Notes under the pieces: generated by a model
Told to the model about the DNA's origin: nothing
The model's database searches: none
Seen by the model: the letters and a program-made list of their open reading frames with translations, nothing else
Shown: piece after piece, positions 40,501-47,790 of the stretch
Layout of the letters: every line of letters begins with the position of its first letter
Numbering within the stretch: the stretch's first letter is position 1
Source: Endomicrobiales bacterium
GTDB lineage: Bacteria; Elusimicrobiota; Endomicrobiia; Endomicrobiales; JALOBY01
Direction of reading: 5' to 3'
Length of the DNA stretch: 64,000 bases
Assembly: GCA_963796955.1 (NCBI GenBank)
Contig: CAWCNJ010000006.1
Span: forward strand, 127,111 to 191,110
Translations under genes and position numbers: made by a program

Positions 40501-41257
40501 AACAATAAACCTTACCTGGACCTCGCCCGGTGACGATGGTCTCAACGGCACTATTACCGGCGGTGTGTTCAAAATCCGCTATTCCACCTATACGCCAACA
40601 TCGTGGGGCGATGCCGCAACGAACTGGACTGATTATACCAATAAATATCAGCTCACGATCGCGACGAATACCGTACCCGGTGTCACACAGTCGTATACCC
40701 TCACAGGCTTAACAAGTGGTGTGACCTACTATATCCGCGGCTGGACGCGCGACGAAGTGGGGGTAGACAGCACCAGTTGGAACGGCAACTGGTCGGCACT
40801 GTCTAATGCGGCTACTTCCTGGGCGCAGACTACTAATATTAACATTGTCATGGACACGGCAACTGTTTCGTTCGGGAACCTGGCGGTCGGTGCATCGACG
40901 ATAACCGTTACCAGTGCCACCATTTACAACTACGGCAACGTTACCGCCACCTTTAAAATGTGCGTGAGCACCAATACGCCGGGAACGCCCTGGTCTATCT
41001 CCCAGTCGTCCGGGGTGGATAAATGCGTGGTCTGGGGCGTGCTTAATTCCACCCAGGCGGTGGACAGTGACTTCGGCGTCGAAGATAAACTGTCATATTC
41101 CTTTACCACCTTCACCTCAACGTATATCGCCTCGAACCAGAACGGTGTCTCAGTGCCGCCCGGCGGCACCAGGATCTTCTGGTACAAACTGCAAATGCCG
41201 CTGGCAAGCAGCACAACGCAACAGCAATCAATAATATTTAAAGTGGGAGGGCAGTAG
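37541..41257 (+). CDS. Giant FG-GAP/FN3 adhesin, C-terminal segment ending in a pilin-like domain
   Basis: The frame upstream of the TTG reads GDVNNDGVLDVAV, i.e. mid-blade. The last ~140 aa align by eye with the three downstream 190-aa proteins. Confidence 0.85.
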   Translation: MDVAVTGGDAGNNPYFRVFQNMEAQLGAGNTAPVPPAISNVNFNYSASRSTFTITWNPAQYDVSHSSCSLYFNVEASTSPTTLSANKMGMTVPNSHFVQTWNFGSPNQGSYIRPSVSTNWAGVAGTSMVGYTLAPATNTWLLNATTFYFRVQTIDSGLMRSTWSAEFSCFASTGAADITPPAAITNIAAVTGFTAGTINLAWTAPGDDGITGSIVGGAFKIRYSTFTPASWSDAAANWTDFTNKYQLTIATDAVPSVTQSYTLTGLTGGVTYYIRAWTRDEVGVDSTSWNGNWSALSNGATSWAQINHAPNAPANLAQLDASLANLSSFTWTNSGTIISSFTLTDPDAGTQVRFNLQITSVTTGGAADWSRLFVSTRSALLNQGTTTFIWPTLNPNAFYWWRVWTEDSGGLTSSTSTALMNGGPAVLAYKTPFDPRFVEPTPGWGCGHYGSALAWGDLNGDGNQELAVAGIIGTTPQTHIYMNNGDGTFNPSYNTLPSGVEIGCPDLQFSDFNNDGKMDLLAAGWPSADPGIVRIYLGNGDGTLNPTYVDAMPGYGRYWISARLGDYDNDGNLDIAITGSDDAGPQTSTFRIYHNKGDGTFDANFIEPNPGWGVSNQGPGWDPVGGRLLWGDYDNDGDLDIALCGQDINNNQLMRIYRNSGTGTFFSATPIMQVSDINDIAWIDYDNNGYLDIASFSDASQRTRIYKNNGDGTFNATPVELFPGVSMQHTKIAVGDYDNDGNPDMYLVGWNSVQGDMAGVYRNHGDGTFEQGMIATMPGWGINSSGAVALSDFNNDGGLDMAVQGFGTGGNLNLGVFKNMEGQLANANAPPIPPSASLNFNYGATKSTFTITWLPGQYDVGHSSNSVYFNVEVSTFQTAVSADRTRITSAGHFQEPWNFGSPNLGNFIRPAVSTNWAGVTGTQMVGYTFMPSTSALMLNATYYFRTQTIDSSLARSTWSVEQSYYCNDTMPPSALTNLAAVTGFGPGTINLTWTSPGDDGLNGTITGGVFKIRYSTYTPTSWGDAATNWTDYTNKYQLTIATNTVPGVTQSYTLTGLTSGVTYYIRGWTRDEVGVDSTSWNGNWSALSNAATSWAQTTNINIVMDTATVSFGNLAVGASTITVTSATIYNYGNVTATFKMCVSTNTPGTPWSISQSSGVDKCVVWGVLNSTQAVDSDFGVEDKLSYSFTTFTSTYIASNQNGVSVPPGGTRIFWYKLQMPLASSTTQQQSIIFKVGGQ

Positions 41258-41412
41258 AGATAAAGAACTAGAAAAAGAAGGATAAAAACCGCCTGAACAG
41301 GCGTGCGTGGCTCGGCCTAAATGTAAGGAGAAAAAGGAGGTGTAATCGCAAATTCTCCACATGGGTTTCGGGCTATTCGTGCGCGTGTAAAGGCCAAAAA
41401 ACGGAGGGTGTC

Positions 41413-41991
41413 ATGAGTATGAAAAAGAAATTGTTGTTAGCAGTTGGCTTTATTGTAGGGTTGGCCGGAACGGCGATGGCCGGTATACCGAGCGATACGT
41501 TCCAGATAACGTTCACACCGACGGGTTCTCGCGGCGTGATCATATCGTTTGACTCGGCGCCGATCGCGCTGGGCAGTCTTGCGCTGGGGACTACGACGCA
41601 GACGAGCGCGATACCCGTTATCAGTACCGGCACTATCGGTATCATCAGCTACCAGATGTCGGGCGTCATAACAAGCGGAGGCACACCGGCGACGTTTACC
41701 GCCAGGACCAGCACGCAGCCCGCACAATCCGAGGTCTGTGTTCAAGGCCAGTTCTGTACAGCGGCACCCGTTACTTGGGGAGGCAGTAATAACAACATAA
41801 CCACGAGCGCGGTGAACGTCGGCTCAGCAACGAAAGGTTATTACGTTGACCCCAGTTTAACGACCACGATGGATGACATGGCGTTGAATGTTTCTAACAA
41901 CCTATGGGTGCGCCTGATGCTACCGCCGACCGCGTCATATTCCGCCCAGCAGACGATCACGGTAACAATAACGGCACAGGCAGGCTACTAA
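41413..41991 (+). CDS. Secreted pilin/fimbrial-subunit-like protein, paralog 1
   Basis: GGAGG RBS, signal peptide (AGTAMA|GIP), beta-rich T/S/G-rich mature domain, CxxxxxC pair, alternating C-terminal strand TITVTITAQAGY. Confidence 0.75.
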   Translation: MSMKKKLLLAVGFIVGLAGTAMAGIPSDTFQITFTPTGSRGVIISFDSAPIALGSLALGTTTQTSAIPVISTGTIGIISYQMSGVITSGGTPATFTARTSTQPAQSEVCVQGQFCTAAPVTWGGSNNNITTSAVNVGSATKGYYVDPSLTTTMDDMALNVSNNLWVRLMLPPTASYSAQQTITVTITAQAGY

Positions 41992-42016
41992 CGTATAACG
42001 AGAAAGGAGGAGTGTT

Positions 42017-42589
42017 ATGAAAAAGCTACTGTTGTTGACCGTGGGTATTATGGTGGGTTTAGTTGGGCTGGTGTTTGCCGGTATCCCGAGCGATACGTTC
42101 CAGATAACGTTTACGCCGACCGGTTCGCGCGGTGTGATCATATCGTCTGACTCGGCGCCGATCGCGCTGGGCAGCCTGGCATTAGGTACGACGACCCAGA
42201 CGGCAGCGATACCCGTTATCAGCACCGGCACTATCGGTATCACCAGCTACCAGATGTCGGGCGTCATAACAAGCGGAGGCACACCGGCGACATTTACCGC
42301 CCGGACCAGCACGCAGCCAGCGACGACCGAGGTTTGTGTTCAGGGCCAGTTCTGCACAGCGGCGCCCGCAACCTGGGGAGGGAGTAATAACAACATAACG
42401 ACAAGCGCGGTGAACGTCGGTTCAGCAACGAAAGGTTATTACGTTGACCCAACGTTAACCACAACGATGGATGACATGGCGTTGAATGTTTCCAACAATC
42501 TGTGGGTAAGGCTGATGCTGCCGCAAACAGCGTCATATTCGGCGCAGCAGACGATCACGGTAACGATAACGGCGCAGGCAGGTTATTAA
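42017..42589 (+). CDS. Secreted pilin/fimbrial-subunit-like protein, paralog 2
   Basis: Strong AGGAGG RBS; mature part nearly identical to paralogs 1 and 3. Confidence 0.75.
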   Translation: MKKLLLLTVGIMVGLVGLVFAGIPSDTFQITFTPTGSRGVIISSDSAPIALGSLALGTTTQTAAIPVISTGTIGITSYQMSGVITSGGTPATFTARTSTQPATTEVCVQGQFCTAAPATWGGSNNNITTSAVNVGSATKGYYVDPTLTTTMDDMALNVSNNLWVRLMLPQTASYSAQQTITVTITAQAGY

Positions 42590-42614
42590 CGGATAACGAA
42601 AAGGGAGGAGTGTT

Positions 42615-43187
42615 ATGAAAAGACGATTATTGTTAGCAGTGGGTTTATTGGTAGGTTTGGCCGGAGCGGCAATGGCCGGTATCCCGAGCGATACGTTCCA
42701 GATAACGTTCACACCGACAGGTTCGCGCGGTGTGATCATATCGTCTGACTCGGCGCCGATCGCGCTGGGCAGCCTGGCATTAGGTACGACGACCCAAACG
42801 GCAGCGATACCGGTTATCAGCACTGGCACTATCGGTATCACCAGCTACCAGATGTCGGGCGTCATAACAAGCGGAGGCACACCGGCGACATTTACCGCCC
42901 GGACCAGCACACAGCCAGCGACGACCGAGGTCTGTGTTCAGGGCCAGTTCTGTACGGCGGCGCCCGCTGTCTGGGGAGGGAGTAATAACAACATAACGAC
43001 AAGCGCGGTGAACGTCGGTTCAGCAACGAAAGGTTATTACGTTGACCCCAGTTTAACGACCACGATGGACGACATGGCGTTGAATGTTTCTAACAACTTG
43101 TGGGTACGGTTAATGTTGCCGGCGACAGCGTCATATTCCGCTCTGCAGACGATAACTGTGACGATAACGGCGCAGGCGGGCTATTAA
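42615..43187 (+). CDS. Secreted pilin/fimbrial-subunit-like protein, paralog 3
   Basis: Strong GGAGG RBS; mature part nearly identical to paralogs 1 and 2. Confidence 0.75.
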   Translation: MKRRLLLAVGLLVGLAGAAMAGIPSDTFQITFTPTGSRGVIISSDSAPIALGSLALGTTTQTAAIPVISTGTIGITSYQMSGVITSGGTPATFTARTSTQPATTEVCVQGQFCTAAPAVWGGSNNNITTSAVNVGSATKGYYVDPSLTTTMDDMALNVSNNLWVRLMLPATASYSALQTITVTITAQAGY

Positions 43188-43200
43188 ACGTAAGGAGCGG

Positions 43201-44127
43201 ATGTATATGAGAAAGAAACAGTACCTTATCTTAATGGGTATGGCGGCGCTTATAATGCTTCCCGTGAAGGCGCAGGCCCGCGTCGGTTTGCTGGCGCAGT
43301 TTGCCGACGATGTGATCCTGGAAAACCTTGAGCTGGGCAAGCCGTATAACTTGCGAACGCTTGGCCACCTGCCATATATTGTCACCAATGCCGGTGACAA
43401 GACGGTGGACGTTGCCATTGAGATCAAGCTGCCGGGCAAAGAGAATCTTAAACCCGGTTACGAACCGTTGGCCGATCCCGGCTGGGTTCAGGTGGTGCCC
43501 AATAAATTCCGTCTGGATCCCGGGGCGCAGGGTGTCAGCGAAATTGTTATTACGATCCCCAATGAAGAGGCGTACCGTAATAAGAATTATCAGTTTGACA
43601 TCTGGGCCCATACGCTGGGTTCACAGTTCATGGCAGCGGGAGCCGAGCACCGAATGCGCATGTCGACCGGCAAAGGTCCTCAGACCCTCGCGGCTGAAAA
43701 GAAAGAGAAGGCCATGCTTTCGCTTGACTTCGATATGGGGCCGGCGAATATGTACCTGATAGGCGTTCCACCCGGAAAGACCTATGACGCGAAAGCTGAA
43801 AAAGGATCTTCCCTGAAACTTACCAACAGGGGCGGCGCGGCTATCAAAGTAAAGGTTGTCAGCGTACCTTACTCAGCAGGCATACATCCACCTGAAGGGT
43901 ATACGGTCTCACCTGATCCGTCCTGGTTGAAGTGCAAACCTGACATGGTGAAAGTGGGCGAGCTTTCGATCAAAGAAGTCAAATTGTACGTTACGATCCC
44001 TGACAAGGCGGATTATTACGGGCAGAAATACGCCTTCTTGTTAAAATGCGAATTTCAGGGAACGGAAGTGCCGCTCGAAATGTACAGCCAGGTGTTGGTA
44101 ACGGTACCGCAGGCAATTGGCAAGTAG
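43201..44127 (+). CDS. Secreted two-domain Ig-like protein, putative pilus-assembly chaperone (PapD/DUF916-like)
   Basis: Signal peptide (PVKAQA). Internal duplication TNxG...GYxxxxDPxW...P...TIP...Y in both halves. WVQVVPNKFRLDPG resembles the chaperone/DUF916 'P..F.L.PG' motif. The start may be ATG 43207, which has better RBS spacing. Confidence 0.55.
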   Translation: MYMRKKQYLILMGMAALIMLPVKAQARVGLLAQFADDVILENLELGKPYNLRTLGHLPYIVTNAGDKTVDVAIEIKLPGKENLKPGYEPLADPGWVQVVPNKFRLDPGAQGVSEIVITIPNEEAYRNKNYQFDIWAHTLGSQFMAAGAEHRMRMSTGKGPQTLAAEKKEKAMLSLDFDMGPANMYLIGVPPGKTYDAKAEKGSSLKLTNRGGAAIKVKVVSVPYSAGIHPPEGYTVSPDPSWLKCKPDMVKVGELSIKEVKLYVTIPDKADYYGQKYAFLLKCEFQGTEVPLEMYSQVLVTVPQAIGK

Positions 44128-44191
44128 GCAATTGGCAATAGTAACGTCAAAATCAGATCTGGAATTTGAGATCTGAGATTCGCGGAGCGAA

Positions 44192-46093
44192 ATGAACAAC
44201 AGGGTTAGGAACACCATCATGTGGTTAGGGAGATCGGCAGCCGTTATGGCGCTGCTGCTCGCTACCTCTATGCCTGTATCTACTCTGTGGGCGGATTGGG
44301 GTGATTCGTTCTCCATTACCTTCACGCCTGTCGCAAGTTTAGCTCCGAACGCGGTTACAGATCTCTCTGCGGTCAATACCGCAAATGAAAGCTTTATAAA
44401 TATCATCTGGACGGCCCCGTCGGTTCCAACACCGGTGCCGGGCGCTGTCGCCTCATACGAAGTAAGGGCGGCGACGTTCAGCGTCGATTCGCTTTTAAAC
44501 GATACTACGGCCTGGTGGAACGCGGCTACCGTATCGAATTCATTCCCGGAATCGGTCTTGCCGGGAACCACTGAATCATTCCTGATCGGCAATCTGGCAG
44601 TCAGCAATACCTGGTATTTCGCCATCACAAGCAGATCACCAGGCGGAAAATTTTCTCTTATAGATGAAAAGGCTGCCGCACCCGGCAGTCAGGCGTACGT
44701 ATTTACATCGGATGTTCAGCCTGTGCCGCCGACAGGTTTGCAGGTTATACCCAGCACCTCACCCGTTGTGGTGCTTAAATGGGATGACATGAAAGCACAA
44801 CGGGGATACGTTGATTTCGATTACTACCGTGTGTACCGCTCGACGAACGCTTCACCGTTCTCGGCGTTCTTCCCTATCGGTGCCAGTACCGGTACGGTCT
44901 TCATTGACGGATTGGTTTCCGCCGGCGCCACCTATTATTACTGCGTAACAGCTGCAGATAAGCCGCCTCAGGTGTTGGTCAGTACGCCGTCTGCGACAGT
45001 AACGGCTTGCGTCACACTGCCGCCGCGTCAGAAAGTCGACCTGACCATACCGCTTCCCCCCTCGGGTGTGAAGCTGTCAGTTTCAAATTACCACCCGGTG
45101 ATAAATTTTAACGCGCCGTTATTCAACACTGACGGCACGCCCTGTATGGACCTTGATAAATGCGAAATATACCGCGCTACGGACATACATGCCGATTGGG
45201 ATGCGGTCGGTTTCGCGCCGTGCGGCGCAGGAGCGGCGGGTCAGTGGATCGACACCGGCATAAATCTTAAAAATTCGGCGATCTATTATTATAAAGTGGA
45301 AAGTGTCGATGCTTCCGGCAACACCAGCGCCGACTCGATGATCTGTGATACCAGTGTGGATTTGAACGTGATCGCCGTTTCATCCGATAAACAGCTGTAC
45401 GCAGTCGTCCCCCAAAGCGAAGCAGCAGCGCTTTACCGGAACAGTTCCAGGAACGATGATGTTGATATCGTGGTCAACAGTCTGGATGTGCCCGGTGTCA
45501 GCCAGCTTATCACTGCCGGAGAATTCAACGCCGTGAATGCTACCACACGGCAGAAAATATCCGGCTTCCAATTTGATAGATCGACGGTGAAGGTTGTTTG
45601 GAAATACGGCCTGAACCCGATGTTAAAGTCAAATGCAGCGGCCCATACACCGGTTGACATCGATAAAGAACTCTCGATCTTCTGGAATAACGGCGTCGAA
45701 TGGATCAAGCTGAGCAAAGTAATGAATACCGATTCCGCACAGGTAACGGTTAAGCATCTTGGCAAGTTCATGATAAAACAATCGCTGAAGGCTGAGAACT
45801 TTACCCTCACGAAGGTCTACCCTCAGATATTCACGCCCAACGGCGATAATCGTAATGACTATGTGGTGTTCCAGTTCGAAAATCCCAAAGACGACGATGT
45901 CTCCGGCAAGATATACGATATTCGCGGCGCATATATCAGCGCACTGACGAAGGCAGCAGATAACGCCTCCCTGATCTGGGACGGCACCAAAGACGGCGGA
46001 AAGGTTGCAGAGCCGGGAGCGTACGTCTATCAGATAGAGGTGATAGGCTCCGACGCGAAGGTGATCAACGGGGTAATAATATTGGCGAAATAA
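44192..46093 (+). CDS. FN3-repeat anchor protein with a pilin-like N-terminal strand and a C-terminal T9SS type-B-like CTD
   Basis: Signal peptide, then DWGDSFSITFTP. The remainder is colinear with the last ~585 aa of the locus-1 giant protein. Ends FTPNGDNRNDYVVF...INGVIILAK. Confidence 0.85.
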   Translation: MNNRVRNTIMWLGRSAAVMALLLATSMPVSTLWADWGDSFSITFTPVASLAPNAVTDLSAVNTANESFINIIWTAPSVPTPVPGAVASYEVRAATFSVDSLLNDTTAWWNAATVSNSFPESVLPGTTESFLIGNLAVSNTWYFAITSRSPGGKFSLIDEKAAAPGSQAYVFTSDVQPVPPTGLQVIPSTSPVVVLKWDDMKAQRGYVDFDYYRVYRSTNASPFSAFFPIGASTGTVFIDGLVSAGATYYYCVTAADKPPQVLVSTPSATVTACVTLPPRQKVDLTIPLPPSGVKLSVSNYHPVINFNAPLFNTDGTPCMDLDKCEIYRATDIHADWDAVGFAPCGAGAAGQWIDTGINLKNSAIYYYKVESVDASGNTSADSMICDTSVDLNVIAVSSDKQLYAVVPQSEAAALYRNSSRNDDVDIVVNSLDVPGVSQLITAGEFNAVNATTRQKISGFQFDRSTVKVVWKYGLNPMLKSNAAAHTPVDIDKELSIFWNNGVEWIKLSKVMNTDSAQVTVKHLGKFMIKQSLKAENFTLTKVYPQIFTPNGDNRNDYVVFQFENPKDDDVSGKIYDIRGAYISALTKAADNASLIWDGTKDGGKVAEPGAYVYQIEVIGSDAKVINGVIILAK

Positions 46094-47790
46094 ATTATGA
46101 AAAACACTATACAGCGCACCATTATCACGGGATTTCTACTTTGCGGGGCGGCTGCCGCCCACGCTGAATTCAACGAACTGGGCAGCAGCGCACGCTCTGC
46201 CGGCATGGGGGACTGCTATGTGGCTATCGCCGACGATGCGTATGCCACGTTCTATAACCCCGCAGGCCTTGGGCGGCTGCACCACAAAGAGATCGCGACC
46301 ACCTCAAGCCGGCTGCTGATGGGTTTGAGCGACCTTAATACGATCGATGAAAATATCATAAGCGCCGTGTACGGGACGCAGCTGTACGGCGGTTTCGGCC
46401 TGGGCATCCATACGTTCGACGTTTCAGGGCTGTACAAGGAAAGCACCTCAATGCTCTCGTATGGAAAGCTCGTCGGCAAAGAAGTGTACCTCGGTGCCTC
46501 GATGAAATTCATGTCGAAAGACTATGTGCCTAATCTTTACACTGAAAACGCCATAGACTTTTCAGGCGAATCGTTTGGGCGCGACCCCGTGTTCGCCAAC
46601 GGGTATTCCAAAGCTTTCATGTCCTACGATCTGGGCAGCTATTACCAGTACAGCAAAAGGTTGTCCATGGCCCTGGTGGCGAAAGATATAACCAGTCCCG
46701 ATACCGGCCTTGCCGCCGCAAACCCGCTGCCCATGACGACAACGCTGGGCCTGTGCTATCAGGACGAAGGCCTGTTAATACCGCTGGAAATACAGACCAG
46801 AAGCGATGCGATAACGTATGCGGCCGGTTTCGAACGCTGGCTCTTTTCCGACCAGCTGGCGCTGCGGGCGGGCCTGCAGGAAGGCAGCGGTAATTTGTCG
46901 GTAGTGTCCTGCGGTGTATCATACAGCTATAACAATATCATCCGTTTTGATTACGGTTTTTCCATGCCCTTGTCGGGTATAACGAACACCAGCGGCTCGC
47001 ACCGGCTCAGCCTGGTGGTATCGATCGGCAAACCGAAAACGAACACTTTTGAACTGGCGAAACAGCCGCGTGATTATATAGACGCGGTCACCGCCTTCGA
47101 CAAAGGCCAGTACTTTACCGCCTACGATATGTTCGAGACACTGATAAAATCCCTGGAGACCAGCCGGCAGTTAAAGGACCACGCCATCGCGTATGTCAAA
47201 GAGATCCTTTCCCGGATGCAGGCGAACATCAAGGCGAACGCGGCGCCCTCGGAAGTAGCCTACGCCAAGGGCCTTATGGCGTACAGCGTGCCGGATTACG
47301 AGGATGCCTTGAACGAACTGCAGGTGTTCGCGGGCATTATCCCCGGCAACACGGAAGTGAACTATTATATCGAGCTGCTGAAAAAGATGCTGGGAAAAGG
47401 ATCGGCAAAGCCGCAGGAAAACCAGTCCGGTGAGAACGGCGGGGGCAAGGGCGGCAAAGGGTCTGACCAGAAAGACGAATTCCCCGGTCTCGACGATAAA
47501 GCGCCGGACCCGATGCTGTCGAACATGTCGCGGGACGAATATATCAATTACAAACTGCGCAACGCGGTAACGGATTTCAACCAGGGGTATTACGACCTGT
47601 CGGCGAAAGACTGTTTATACGCCCTGCGCGCGGACCCGAACAAGGACCTGAGCTACGTGCGGCTTGGCTCGGCGTATTACGCGATGGGCATGCGCCAGTA
47701 CGCGGTTAAAGCCTGGCAGAAGGCTCTACAGCTGAACCCGGGCAACGGGGACCTCAGGGAATTCATGCAGGAAAAAAATATACCGGTGAA
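45970..47790 (+). repeat. ~1.8-kb near-identical direct repeat of ~14110-15930 (offset 31,860 bp)
   Basis: The lines at 14161 and 46021 are identical, and similarity continues to the stop codon of the barrel gene. Confidence 0.95.

Larger units (their letters stand above)
41413..43187 (+). repeat. Tandem triplication of a ~600-bp gene unit
   Basis: Three consecutive near-identical genes with a ~598-604 bp period. Confidence 0.9.

Noticed and set aside
17648..41257. Diversity-generating retroelement or invertase-driven shuffling as the source of propeller variation
   Set aside because: No reverse transcriptase or recombinase in the window, and no adenine-specific TR/VR pair noticed
41285..41325. 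Partial resemblance to a c-di-GMP-I riboswitch (AAACC-hairpin...CGGCCTAAA)
   Set aside because: Lacks the GGCAAA start, GNRA loop and GACGCAAAGC core; not supportable without an Infernal search
41413..43187. Pilins as type IV, type V (lipoprotein) or sortase-dependent pilins
   Set aside because: No class III G|FxxxE prepilin motif, no lipobox Cys and no LPxTG anchor; the signal peptides look like ordinary SPase I type
44111..44138. 13-bp direct repeat AGGCAATTGGCAA x2 across the stop codon of the chaperone-like gene
   Set aside because: Too short and isolated to assign a function; no associated mobile element
124..47547. Numerous 60-330 aa minus-strand and off-frame ORFs, several recurring (e.g. 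MCKTAGGG..., MIPIVPVLITG...)
   Set aside because: Shadow ORFs of the long + strand genes; they recur only because the underlying coding repeats recur
14110..47790. The 1.8-kb direct repeats as ends of a mobile element or an assembly duplication
   Set aside because: No transposase or integrase; the copies differ by scattered, mostly synonymous substitutions with intact frames, consistent with real paralogs
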